A stretch of DNA of 64,000 nt, from positions 17,980,001 through 18,044,000 of the forward strand of contig NC_043012.1 of the NCBI RefSeq assembly GCF_006345805.1. Reading direction: 5' to 3'. Under the pieces are notes generated by a model. That model made no database searches. It was not told the origin of the DNA and worked only from the letters and a program-made list of their open reading frames with translations. Below are positions 24,000 to 36,747 of this stretch, piece by piece; position 1 is the stretch's first letter, and every line of letters begins with the position of its first letter. The DNA comes from Octopus sinensis (lineage: Eukaryota). A program made the translations under genes and the position numbers.

Positions 24000-26300
24000 T
24001 ATATAGTTAATCCAAACAAGAAAACACAAAAAAAACAACAAAAAAACACAACAACGCGAGGACGTGGAACAAATAAAGTATTATTGGACGCTCAGGAAAG
24101 AAGGGGAGTTCAACGTTTCGAGCGGAGCTCCTCGTCGGAAACATATGAGAAGGAAAGATCCCGAGAAAGGAAGACAGAGGAAAAAAAATCGCCAGATATA
24201 TATATATCAAAATAAGTATACAATCTATGGGTTTAGAATATCTCTAATGGACATTACAATTGTGTTGTCTTTTGTATATGTATATGGGTCTATGCATTAT
24301 ACTGTTTGTGCCGGGATCATTTAGGTTCCTCTTTTCATTGTTTTTAGTCATCAGGATGCGTAGTGTGGTTGAATGGGGGTTGTTATTATTCCATTCACAT
24401 TCTCTGTTAAGGTTCGATTTATTTACGACTATGTGTGAGGCCTCTGTAAACTTTCCGTGTGTCGTGCTCGTACTATATGTCGATGATATCTTAACGTCTA
24501 AGTTATCAACCGAAATTCCATGTTCTAATTGTTTATGTTAGTAGAACAGTGATGAGCTTTCCTTCTCCTTGATTTCCTGCCAATAATCTCTCATTATTTC
24601 AAATATGTTGCCTGCTGTCTCCCCAATGTATGAAAGTATGCCATTTATCTATTTCTGCACCGTCCCTCAGTGCACCTTACACAATAATCTACATACTTAG
24701 TTTTACAGTTTATCTCTGGGATTATTCTATATACTATAGAGCTGATATCCCTACAGGAGGTTCTTTCAAATGCATATGTTTTACAGATCGGTTTTTGTTT
24801 ATCTCAGGTTTACCTAAAGTGATGTGCTAGTTCGACTCCAGGTGTAGCACCAACGAACATGACACTCTGGTATTTTTGATTGCCATACCCTCATAATCCA
24901 TGGCGTTTAGAGGCCATGGATTTGGCATAGTGAAAGTGAAGAAACTGGACCTTGTTATTCCGACTTTCCAGCAAAAGTTCTGACTTTCAACCAGGTAATC
25001 AATACTTAGGGTACTTACTACAGTAATGTACTGCTAATTTAATAATCCCATGGCTGGAGTCTTTTAGAGTTGCTTTTGCTACTACGTTAATGTCATCCAC
25101 ACAGTGCGAGTACATGGTTTAGGTTATGATGCTTTCTGCTAAGCGATGTTTCAGTCTCTTATCCCACCATACCATAAGAATGTTAACCACAACGCCAGCG
25201 GTGCCGATAGCTGCACTGTCCCCCTCTCCTTTGTTATTAAAGTTGAGCATGTGGCTCTTTAGTGTAACTTTGGTACTCGCATCTACCGCATGTACAACAA
25301 TTTTTCTCACCTAATCTTAATTTTCTGGGGAATGTGTGGTTCCAGTTCATATGATCTACCTTTCTATAGGAGTCTTCGTCGGCTCTGACGCTTCAGTAGG
25401 CGTCTCCTACTTACTGACCCACCTGCGCAGAAACAGTTAACTTCGTGTTTGTTAAGGTACGCTTTGTCACACATAAATCTATGGAGGGGGGATGACAAAT
25501 TCTTCTTTGTCAACCCCACGACACCCCACGACGCACTTGTTGATCATCTCTATGCATTTCTGCAAAGCAGAATCAAGATTGATGGATAAGTATAATGGTA
25601 CAAAAGCCATACTGCGTATTACGCATTCTGTCAGGTCTCAGGGGTGGTTGCACTCCTCGATTCTGCGAGGAAGTCTTCTGAGTTGTTACACACATCCGGG
25701 TACATTTTGATTATGGAGTGTATGATGATAGAGTGGAAGTAGAAGATTCTGTAGTAGCTATCATTGCTAGTTGTCCTGCAACTGGGACAGTGGTCACTTA
25801 ATGAATCTTGTGGAGTCCATACAGGGCAGGCTGGGATGCCGTTATTCATGGTTTGGAAGTTGTTGGCCGTGCTTTTCTTTGGTCCTTGTATGTTTGACCG
25901 CATCATTATGTGGGCAATGAGAAACTTTGTGTTCTCCACAAGTGTTTCTATTGTCTCTCGCATGGTTGTGATGTGGGATTGTATTACCTGGATGTGGTTC
26001 GACGGATTGTCTATCGACATTCTGTCGGCCTTGTCTGCGGGAGGTAAACAACCTCCATATTCTTTATTCGTTGTATTAGTTTATATAAGCCACGTGCGGA
26101 CTTGTTACCGAGGTGATGTACCCCTCTCTAATCCTCTATCCTAGTGTACTTTTCCAGAATCTGGCTAATCTTGTCCTAGCTACAGGGAACTATACATCTA
26201 GTTGAACGTTTGTCTTTTGTGGGATACAAACCCACAAGTTTATACCAGTTGCTGTATTTTCTTCTATTTTATCATTTTCTGGTTCCTGTCTCTCAAATTG
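24000..26300 (-). mobile_element. Near-complete degenerate Penelope-like element (RT, C-terminal GIY-YIG, 3' pLTR with HHR); RT resembles the Naiad/Neptune type
   Basis: Minus-strand pieces in order: PADKADRMSIDNPSNH; ALYGLHKIH; VCNNSEDFLAE; IRSMAFVPLYLSINLD; KSHMLNFNNK..AIGTAGVVVNILMVWWDKRL..HCVDDINV; HYAKSMASK; YIGETAGNIFEIMRDY..LNRECEWN (GIY-YIG, ~24390-24640); HHR-like motif at 24108-24142. Many stops and frameshifts. Confidence 0.82.
24108..24142 (-). ncRNA. Minimal hammerhead-like motif with variant core CCGACGA
   Basis: GTTT-CCGACGA-G-GAGC-tcc-GCTC-GAAA-CGTT-GAAC. Stems I and II, GAAA and the palindromic AACGTT are present; core U4 is C. Confidence 0.6.
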
Positions 26301-26319
26301 TCTCTATTATCATTTCTAT

Positions 26320-26842
26320 TACATACACATTCTAAAGACAGAATGAGAAAGCGGAACCAATAAATGAAAGACGCGGAAACGAAGAGTATGATAAGCAAAC
26401 CAGTATGCATGCACACAAATCACACATACTAAACAGACAGAAGACACACATACACACTCACTGACACATACACATACACACATCCAAACACGCGCACACA
26501 TACAAACACGCACACACTCACTGACACATACACATACATGTATATACACACATACATACAACACACACACACTCAATGACACATATACACATACACTCAC
26601 TCACCGACACACACACATACAAGCACACACACACACAAACACATCCACACTCACTGACACATACATACACATGCCAACACACGCACTCACTGACACATAC
26701 ACACACATACATACGAACACACACACTATCGCTCACTGACGCATACACATACACACATAGAAACATACACACACATACGCACACATACAGACGCAAACGC
26801 ATACTACAGAAAGACCAAATGGAATATGATAAATGACAAACG

Positions 26843-26876
<34 letters not shown>

Positions 26877-26885
26877 CACACACAC
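26320..26885. repeat. Cryptic (CA)/(CATA)/(CACT)-rich low-complexity repeat
   Basis: Directly visible; source of the H/T- and C/V-rich ORFs. Confidence 0.9.
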
Positions 26886-27520
26886 ATATGATTTGGTCAT
26901 AAACGAAATATATTTATGTAGCATTGATCGAGCTCCATGTAGCTGTGTGCCATTTTTGAGTTTCCGATTATCCTTACTGAAATAGTTCTTTACAAAATTA
27001 AAACTCATTCAGAATAACTGCCATGGATACATGTAGCATTCTCACTTCTATCCACGATCAGTATAGTTGTTATGTTGACAAGACTAGATTTAATACTTCA
27101 ATGTAATTTCTATTTTCGTTGGTAAATTATTCAGCGTTTCGCTATAGTGAGTGAATGGTATTTAAATCGTAGATTGATATTTTCTGAACATTTGATGTCG
27201 TGGAAATTAGAGCAATCAGATATTATCACTTTCTCTGCGCGGCCTCTAATTATCTATCCAAATGAAAAAAATATGCCATTAATTACTTTCTTTAGAAATA
27301 TGTTGTTCTTTGTGAAAGTAACACGGCTATTTTCCTAAATCCCATTCCAATGCCAATCTTAGAATTTACAATACAATGGAATTGCTTAGCAGTTTTATGT
27401 CTTATTTAAGTTTTCAAAATTATATTTATATGTTTTTTTCATTTTTAGTAACATTTTCATATATGAAGTAATAGCTCTGAAAGTCCAAACTCTCTTTCTG
27501 TCTCTCGCTCTGTCTCTGTC

Positions 27521-27558
<38 letters not shown>

Positions 27559-29493
27559 CCACAAACACACACACACACCTACATACATTCATACACACAC
27601 ACACTAACAAACATATGCACAAGCCCCTGACAAAACTGTCAAAGTGATCTGTAATAAACAAGTGGGAGGCCGCAACACGGGGGCCTCCCTCGCTGGAAAT
27701 TGCTTGTAGATCTACCTCGCTGTAGATTCTACCGTCTTGGCGCACAGCACGCGCATATCGAATAATATCTTCAGGGAGCCAGTATTTGTATAAAGAAAAA
27801 AGCAAGACACTGATAACCGTAACTACTATTCCTTTGATCAGCAGTCTGCTAAACACGAACTAAATATTACAGCTTAAGATGAACTAAGCATTGATGCCTA
27901 ACCAGCGGAAAATGTCACAGTCTATCGTAAGATGAAATAGAATTGAAAGAAACCTATTGCAGAAGATGTGTGTCGAAGCATAGAAAACACGTTGAGTGTC
28001 ACTGAATAATGACAGAACCGATAAAGTCAATACCTTCTCTAGCAACATTACGAATATGGAATCGTATACTAATATTATGTAATGAATTAAAATACCTCTC
28101 ATTGCAGATATCGCATTTGTCATAATAAAAATATTTTAAACAGCTAGCAAACATTTAAGACATCTGAAAAACTGGAACGCTACTAATATTCAAAAATTTA
28201 ATAATATTTATTGTATTACTTTTAAAAGAACTGAAGTTATTTAGTAATATGTTTAAAATGAAATATTTGCTACATATGCACACACAGATATAGTTTTTAT
28301 AAGATATATATTTATATTATCATGTCCAATACACGATTAATATATATATATATATATATACATATATTGGTGCTTGCACGTAGGTAGAGATCTATATGAA
28401 GATAAATAATTGTATGCATATACAAACAGACACACACATTCGTACACATACACATACAAATGTGCGCGTGCACACATTCACACACATATATCTGTGGGTA
28501 TATGTGGGAGACAGAGGAGACAGAAAGAAACAGACAGTTTGAACGGTGGAAAAGAAAAAAAAGAAAAAAAGAAAAAAAAAACAAATGCAGCTGAAATCAT
28601 TTTGTTTCATCTCATCTGTATTAAAACCAGTCTTTAATAGATCGAATTATTGAAGATAACATTATCCCCCCTCCCTACACTAACGTTTATTTATTCAATG
28701 TAAAGAAAATCGGAGCGTATAGTTTCTTTTTCGTTGAAATATTGCAGACGGAGGTGTATATGCTTTGATATGTTTACCAGATATTGTCTGACAAAAGGTT
28801 TTTATTCAAATATATTATATCATAATCATTATCGTTGCTTCCATGTTTCCCGTCTAATGTTCTTTTTATATAACAATACTTTCCTATTTTATGAATATTT
28901 ATTTATTATCTTTTTTTAAAGAAAAAATAAAAGTTGTTATATAAATGTATTCAGAATTTCACAATTCATTCAGCAAACGTAATTTCTAAACAAAATATTT
29001 CTTCTTCATTTACACGAGAATTTATATTTATTTTTCTGAACAATATTATACGTCATGGTTTTGTTCATCTTTTCAACGATTTTACTTTAGTTTCAGTCTG
29101 CAAAGGCCTTACAGCCTGATATTTTTGCTTGATTTCTTTCCGTGCAGATGGCTTTAAAAAGACCATGCTTGAAGCATTATTTTTCTTTCCACAACGTTTT
29201 CTAATTCTGTAGCCTGACCTTGCATGAATTCCAAAACACTATAGCACCCTTCCCGTTTGATTGTTCAGATTATCTGGCAATGGTTCTACCAAAGGAAATA
29301 TATCTCTTATCAATTCGTTAATGTTTCCTGTATTTCAAGCATTAGTCTTTGTCTTCAGTTATTGACTAAAATCCAAATGTTTCTTCACCTATCTCTAACA
29401 CATCGCAATGCCTACAAATGCATACAGTTTTATACATATACACACAACGACAACAAACACACATAATCGCACTTTCATGTCTATGTATATGTA

Positions 29494-29586
<93 letters not shown>

Positions 29587-31007
29587 TATACATATATATA
29601 GATATATACATATATATATATACATATATATATATGAGTGTGTGTGTATATACAGTAATGATTGAATAACCGCACGCGCGCGCACACACACTCATATGAA
29701 CACATAAGACATGAAATCCTTATATGTAGGTTTTTATTTCGATACCGTTGTTAACCTTTGCAACGCTACCGTATTTTCTACATTTTCTCCTTCGCCTTCC
29801 TCATAACTATTTTCCTCTTCCTCTTCTTCTTTTTCTTCTTCTTATCATTATTATTATTATTATTGCTTTTTTTCCAAACTTAACACCTCTCTTTTATTCC
29901 TGCTGCTATCATCGGTGGTTTTTTTTATCACCAGCAAAATTAAAGGATGCAGTAATGATAATAATACTAATATTACTAATAGAAGGTATAGATATTCTAA
30001 TAAAATGATTGAAATGACGTAGAAAGACAGCAGTAGTGTTATTATTGTTTTAATAGTCATAGTAAAGTGTTTTGTTTTTTTGCGTAAAGTTATAACTAAT
30101 AGCTCAGTAAATCCGTTATCTTGAAAACGTCTGAATAGTCAGTGCCACATTTATTAGATAAGAGCTAAATCTTATATGAAAGTCACATTCTCCATTGCTG
30201 TACACAACACACACTGAACACACGATATATATATATATATATATACATCTGTGTGTGCATTTCTATATACATGTATACACATTGTTGTTCTATGTATGTG
30301 TATATATAATAGATATATGAATTACAGTTATAAAATATATATACAAAATGTGTCATATTTCGTATATACAATAATTGTCCCAAAAGTAATGAAACATTGG
30401 GCATAACTTTTCTATGTATTAACCAAATCCAACTGGCTCCGACCAGTGACTGGTCCAAATTGCCGATTGCATGTTTTGTTGCCAAGGATATGGACTGCTG
30501 CGCATTTTAATGGTCAACATGGATAGTTCTCAGGCTCTTTTGCGGTCACTTACTCCTTAGGACTTTTCTGAGATCTTTGAATTATTTCAATACACATTTC
30601 GCTCTGAACGGGATAGAACAGTTCTAGAAAAACACAGAGAATAACGCTCAATCACGGTGATTTTATAAAGCTAGGTTGTATCGAGAGCGTTACCTGTGAA
30701 ATTGGATCACATTGGGGGTATCAGATGAGATCATTTCCATCGTCATTTCCAGAGCCCTCAATTACTGACCACATGATAAGTTCACGCTACATCCCTGGTC
30801 ACCACATCGGGAATGAAAAAAACCCTGCTTTCATAGGATTCAAATGCTTCCAAACGACCAGAGTTGACATTCATTCTTCTCTACTTCAACTGCCGTATTA
30901 ACTACTACCCTGCCCACTTTGCATATACTTTCTGCTAAGCAAAATTTCCCAATATATTCTCAAATGCATTGTCATCACAGGCTACTCGAGGATTTAATGG
31001 TATGTTC

Positions 31008-31117
31008 TGAGGATGAAACTTCCTGGAAAATTCCTAGGATTTCCTGGAAAGTTCCGAGAATGTGAGATTTCTTGTAAAGTCCCGAAGATGAGACTTCCTG
31101 GAATATTCCGAGGACTT
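31008..31117. repeat. Degenerate ~25-bp minisatellite containing TTCN3GAA (GAS/STAT) motifs
   Basis: About four units of GAGGATGAGACTTCCTGGAAAATTCC. TTCCTGGAA starts at 31020, 31041 and 31095, and TTCCGAGAA at 31052. Confidence 0.75.
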
Positions 31118-31219
31118 CAATGTGTCCTTAAATCCGCCAATAGTACATCTGATGGCCATTTTTTTTTCTTTTTAGTTGTAGTGCAGCTGAGCACTGTATA
31201 CAACAATTTTCTTTCATCA

Positions 31220-31251
<32 letters not shown>

Positions 31252-31344
31252 TGACGTTCTTTGCAACGTTTTATGGCTGTTAGTCACACACTCACTACTT
31301 TTCCCACTCAGTGGTACAAATCCCCAAATGTAATGGGATTACAC

Positions 31345-31495
31345 ACACTTTCCATCTACTGAACTCGGTCACAACACATTGGTCGACCTGGGGCTTTAGT
31401 AAAAGACACTTGTAGGAAGAGTCGTATTGTGGACGGGAACCTGAAGCTATGTAACTGCAAAGCTGGCTTCTTAACCAGACAAACATGCCTGTGTC
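31345..31495 (-). mobile_element. Degenerate tRNA-SINE 5' portion (family A)
   Basis: Similar to 59890-60040 (TTGGTCGACCTGGGGCTTTAGTAAAAGACACTTG). Confidence 0.6.
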
Positions 31496-31977
31496 TATAA
31501 ATACATACACACATAGACAGACCGCCCGACACGCAGACAGACAGATAGATAAATAGGTAGATAGATGAATTAGCTAGATAGATTGATAGATAGATATTCT
31601 AAAATTGGAAAAATTGGAAAAAAAATTGCAAACATAATTGCTATATTCCCAAGTGTGCATTGAACAACCAGAATCACACACAAGAGCAAAAGCAATTATA
31701 TTTTATGTACCTGAGTAATCAGTTACATAATTGTACGTTGACTATATTTTACATGTATTCAAAAACAGATGAAGACACACACACACACGAACATAAGCGA
31801 ATTTGAATGCACGTGTGTGTTTGTAATGTGTTTGATTAATAGAACGCTTGACGTTTAAGTGCATAGATACACGAACCACCCCACACAAGCATATATAATA
31901 TTATCATGCATAAATATATGCGTATATATATATATTATTTGCATGCTTACGTATATATACATATATAGATACATAAT

Positions 31978-32032
<55 letters not shown>

Positions 32033-33153
32033 CATACCATATTTCCATGCTTACGCGTATACGCATAGATATATAATTATATATATATATATATATTATA
32101 TATATAAGTGTGTGTGTGTATTCAGAGAGTGAGAGAGCGAAACACAGAGAGAGCTGCATATATAGAGACGCATATAAATATGTATGTACCTACATATACA
32201 CATTTATGTATGTACGTAAATATATATTCATACATCTATTCATTTATCTATATATGTATATGTATACAAGCTTGCATATATCTATACATATACACGCATT
32301 TGTATCTATAACTTAGTATATATATGTGTGTATATATATAACGTAGATAAGAGGGAAGGAGAGTGAATTACATAATCCGTAGTCAATATATGTCCTCATG
32401 GCTCTTTGACTCTTCGATGCAATTCTGACGTTATCTAATTTAAATCATATGAAAAGCCACTGAGAATGTATTTCCTATCATAATTCTCAGCTACATCGAG
32501 TAAACGTTCCATTGATAGATCCTTGATAACCATCCTGTTTATATGAAATAGTAATCAAAATCTAGTAACATATGTCGTTGAACTGTAGCAGAAATCAGAT
32601 GTTGTAAAGCCTGAAACTATATGAGAGATATAGAAAATGAGAAAAGAAAAGCAAGCTAGAATGGGTGAAGGGCTAGAGATCAATATTGTTAAATTCCACT
32701 CGAAATCATGGATAAAGTGAAGCAAAGAATATATATTACGTATAGGAAATGCTCATATTTATCACCATTAGCGTGAGAGTCAATTTTGACAAGTGATAGT
32801 AGGTATAATAACTCTAAGCAGATGGGAAAATCTTTCTTAAAAGGTAATGGTGTTATAAAATCAGAAAGAACTCTATGGTTAAGAAATGCACTTTTCAACT
32901 CCATCGTTTCAATTCTGATCGAACTGTACAGGATTACATGGTAGATATTTTATTCTAAAGAGCGTGCGGGTCGAGCATAGTCTATGGCGTAAGATCTCAG
33001 AGATATCTTTGTTGACCGCTTAATGTTAAACCACGGATATGGTAAGAGAACAATTGGCAGCAACAATAATTATTCTGTCTAGATATGTAGCTTCTAGGCA
33101 ACATTTCCTCAGCCTACCAACATTACTGAGCCATAAATCTAACTCTCTTCAAC

Positions 33154-33215
<62 letters not shown>

Positions 33216-33454
33216 TATATATATATATACGTAGATATATATGCATACAACATATATATACACACATATACAAGTGGAAGGTGGAATTATCCGCAGTTTC
33301 ACCATAACATCTTTATTATTGTTTTACTGCCTTCTGCGGATGCGTGCTTATAATTGGTACCATTGTGGTCATGTGATCGAAATTTGAGCTTGATCGAGTC
33401 TCTTTTCTTTCTGGTTTTATTGTGTAAGCATGGCCGCTCCACTAGCTTTGTGCC

Positions 33455-33765
33455 ACACAGAAGACAAAAGAGCAGTGATCCGAATTTCTCTAGTCGGAAT
33501 GTGTCAGGTACTGAAATTCCTCATAGGCTTTTAGCATAATTCGGGGGCAATGCACTACCGTGTAGAAATGTTTATAAGTAAATTGAGAATTTTGAATGTG
33601 GCCGGACAAGTGTGCCGCATGAAGAGAGAGCTTGACGCCCGTCAGCCACGAGAAGACCCAGCAAGCTCGAGAGAAGTTTTTGGTAAACCGGCGAGTTATC
33701 TTCAACGAGGTAGCTCGTTCTCTGCAGATTACTCATGGTTCTGCCTAGAAAATCATCCATGAGGA
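33455..33765 (+). mobile_element. Mariner transposase N-terminal remnant
   Basis: KRAVIR; RNVYK*IENFECGRTSVPHEERA*RPS; VNRRVIFNEVARSLQITHGSA*KIIHE (HTH region of mariner). Confidence 0.8.
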
Positions 33766-33784
33766 GGTATCAGTGTATACTTGT

Positions 33785-34340
33785 ATGCACAAAGAAAAGA
33801 ACATCGCTTGGTTGGGCGGCATTTGGGAGGGTACGAAACCTCTTGTAAATTCCCAAGACATCCATGAAAAATATCTTCATCTTGCCAGTGATGGTTTACG
33901 GTAGTGAAATATGGGCACTTATCACTACCATCATGAAAACCTTCTCATTGTACCCAACGGAAAACGGAAGCAATTATGATAGGATTCACACTGTAGGACA
34001 AGAAAATCGACGCAAGGATTAGATTGCATACTAGGGTTAACGATATCATAATACTAATATAAATAGTCTGACCACGCCACATGTCTAAGTGGTAACAAGA
34101 TGGAAAATCAGGGTGACGTGAGTTGTACCATGACTATGGACAAGATCATGAGTCCGAGATAATGGACAAGATCATAAAGTGAGAAATACATAAGATCATG
34201 AGGCCGAGACAATGGATAAGAGGCGAGATAGTTCTTACCGTCTATCTGGGGCCTACATGCTCACAACTGGCTAGTGACAGACAACAACGACAAGGGTCCA
34301 GAGAGGGATTTCTCTTTCAGAAGTGATGAGTGCCTGGATA
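33785..34340 (+). mobile_element. RTE-clade LINE 3' fragment with (TATG)n tail
   Basis: RRTSLGWAAFGRVR; FILPVMVYGSEIWAL; LASDRQQRQGSREGFLFQK* followed by (TATG)n. Internal ~25-bp tandem repeats at 34135-34225. Confidence 0.75.
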
Positions 34341-34344
34341 TTGG

Positions 34345-34375
<31 letters not shown>

Positions 34376-34924
34376 TGTATGTATGTATGTATGTATGTAT
34401 GTATGTATGTGTGTGTGTGTGTGTGTGTGTGTGAGTGTGTTATGAATGCCTTTACTCTTTACTTTTTTTCATTTAATTGTTTCAGTAATAGTTTTTTTTG
34501 TCCAACCATTCGACATCAGAAATTAATGCTCTCTTAATGTCTGCAGGTTATTCTATCAGTCAGTTTAGCCGAACTGCTATGTTACAGGGCCGACAAAAAC
34601 CACCCCCAAAACACAGAAAGGTGCCCTCTCAGACAGACTGAAAATTACGCACACCCACACACACACGCACACACAGACACAGACACACACACACACGCAC
34701 ACACACACACACATATATATATATATTATATATATATAATATATATATATATATATACTATGGGCTTCTTTCAGTTTCAATCTCACAAGGATTAGGTCGG
34801 CCTTGGTTTATAATAGAAGGGAAGATCAAGCCAAGAAATATATGGTTGTAAATCAAAATCCCTTCCACACATACACATAAAGTTTTATATCCATCCATAC
34901 ATACACATTCTTTTATTCTTTTAC

Positions 34925-35110
34925 TTCTTTCAGTTATTTGAATCCGGCCATGCAGGAGCACCGCCTTTAATCGAACAAATCGACCAACGAATTGTTCCTT
35001 GTAAGCCTGGTACTTATTCTATCGGTCTCCTGTGCCGAACCGGTAGTTTATGGGGACGTAAATCCACCAACATCGGTTGTTAAGTGCCTTTTGGGTGGGG
35101 TAGAAACAGA
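34925..35110 (-). mobile_element. SINE family A 3' portion
   Basis: GGCCATGCAGGAGCACCGCCTTTAATCG...TACTTATTCTATCGGTCTC...GGGGACGTAAA is homologous to 35600-35760 and 59650-59810. Confidence 0.8.
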
Positions 35111-35115
35111 GACAC

Positions 35116-35150
<35 letters not shown>

Positions 35151-35259
35151 TATAGATAGATAGATAGATAGATATATAGATATATAGATAGATAGATAGA
35201 TAGATAGATATATAGATAGACAGATAGTTAGATATATTATATATATATATATAATATTA

Positions 35260-35545
35260 ATTAGAGACAAAACCACTATTTTGCAAATCAAACAAAGAAA
35301 GACTTAATCCAATACATAAAACAATTTTAATATAAATGAAATAAAATTATATTCGCCACTACAATTGTTTCATGTCTCTTCTCAGGACATTCATCAGGTG
35401 GATTTCAGATCTTCTATTCTATTAAATAGATTTCAGATCTTCTATTCTCTAATTAATATTATATAATATTTTACTATAAAATTGGATTCAATCCTAAATC
35501 TGATTTTCCCTGTAAATTTGGATTTATTCCCTAATATTTATTATA
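35260..35545 (-). mobile_element. PLE pseudo-LTR-like module related to the 22-kb palindrome arms, with rearranged inverted segment
   Basis: 35265-35400 is homologous to 22190-22315; 35460-35545 is the reverse complement of 22080-22185; GATTTCAGATCTTCTATTCT is duplicated at 35401 and 35429. Confidence 0.85.
35356..35401 (-). ncRNA. Minimal type-I hammerhead ribozyme with canonical core
   Basis: Minus strand: CCAC-CTGATGA-ATGTC-ctgagaaga-GACAT-GAAA-CAATTG-TA-GTGG. 5-bp stem II, palindromic stem III ACAATTGT, GUA triplet. Confidence 0.82.
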
Positions 35546-35580
35546 TATATATATATATATTATATATATATATATATATA

Positions 35581-35962
35581 TTACTCTTTACTCTTTTATA
35601 TGTTTCAGTCATTTGACTGCGGCCATGCTGGAGCACCGCCTTTAGTCGAACAAATCGACCCCAGGACTTATTCTTTGTAAGCCCAGTACTTATTCTATCG
35701 GTCTCTTTTGCCGAACCGCTAAGTGGCGGGGACGTAAACACACCAGCATCGGTTGTCAAGCAATGCTAGGGGAACAAACACAGACACACAAACATATACG
35801 CACATACATATATACATATATACGACAGGCTTCTTTCAGTTCCCGTCTACCAAATCCACTCACAAGGCATTGGTCGGCCCGGGGCTATAGCAGAAGATAC
35901 AGTGGGACTGAACCCGCAACCATGTGGCTGGTAAGCAAGCTACTTACCACACAGCCACTCCT
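35581..35962 (-). mobile_element. Full-length tRNA-derived SINE (family A)
   Basis: Minus-strand head GGAGTGGCTGTGTGGTAAGTAG...GGGTTCAGTCCC (A/B-box-like), central microsatellite, and a tail ending in GTAAAAGAGTAA repeats; homologous to 59636-60065. Confidence 0.88.
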
Positions 35963-35964
35963 AT

Positions 35965-36166
<202 letters not shown>

Positions 36167-36534
36167 GTTGATAGGAATGGTAAGACAACAAAAGAATGAA
36201 AGAGACGTCGATATTAATTAAATAAATAAATTATCTCTAATTATATAATGTGACAATTATTCGGTAGCCATGATGAAACTCCGAGTTCGGATGTCGGGGC
36301 GGAACGCCAAGCCCCGGGTCAATTACTGGACCATCACAAAAATGCTATGAAAATGACCGTTAAACAAAGGGAAATTACTGTATGGTTGACCGTTATTAAG
36401 ACAAAAGAGCTTTCAAAATGACCACTAAATAAGTGAAGGGAGTAAAGGTAAGGGAGTAAAAATGTTCATAGAAACCGCCTAAGTGATCGTAACTCATCCA
36501 CCCTCACTTGAAACAGAACATGCCCACCCAAACA

Positions 36535-36690
36535 TTCTTCCAGTTTCTGTCTACCAAATCCACTCACAAGAATTTGGTCGGCCCGAGGTAATAGAAGATA
36601 CTTGCGCAAGATGCCACGCAGTGGGACTGAACTCGGAGCCATGTCATTGGCAAGCAAGCTACTTCCCACACAGCCACTCCTGCGCCTATA
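36535..36690 (-). mobile_element. SINE family A 5' portion
   Basis: CCAAATCCACTCACAAG...GCAGTGGGACTGAAC...CACACAGCCACTCCTGCGCC. Confidence 0.85.
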
Positions 36691-36694
36691 TATA

Positions 36695-36747
<53 letters not shown>

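Noticed and set aside
24340-24360. CTGATGA on the minus strand in the PLE 3' region
   Set aside because: No stem II or stem I can form around it.
36255-36320. GAA-CTCGGAG-TT-TCATC on the minus strand, like the 3' half of a hammerhead
   Set aside because: The CUGANGA half is absent and GAAA is incomplete; at most a truncated relic.
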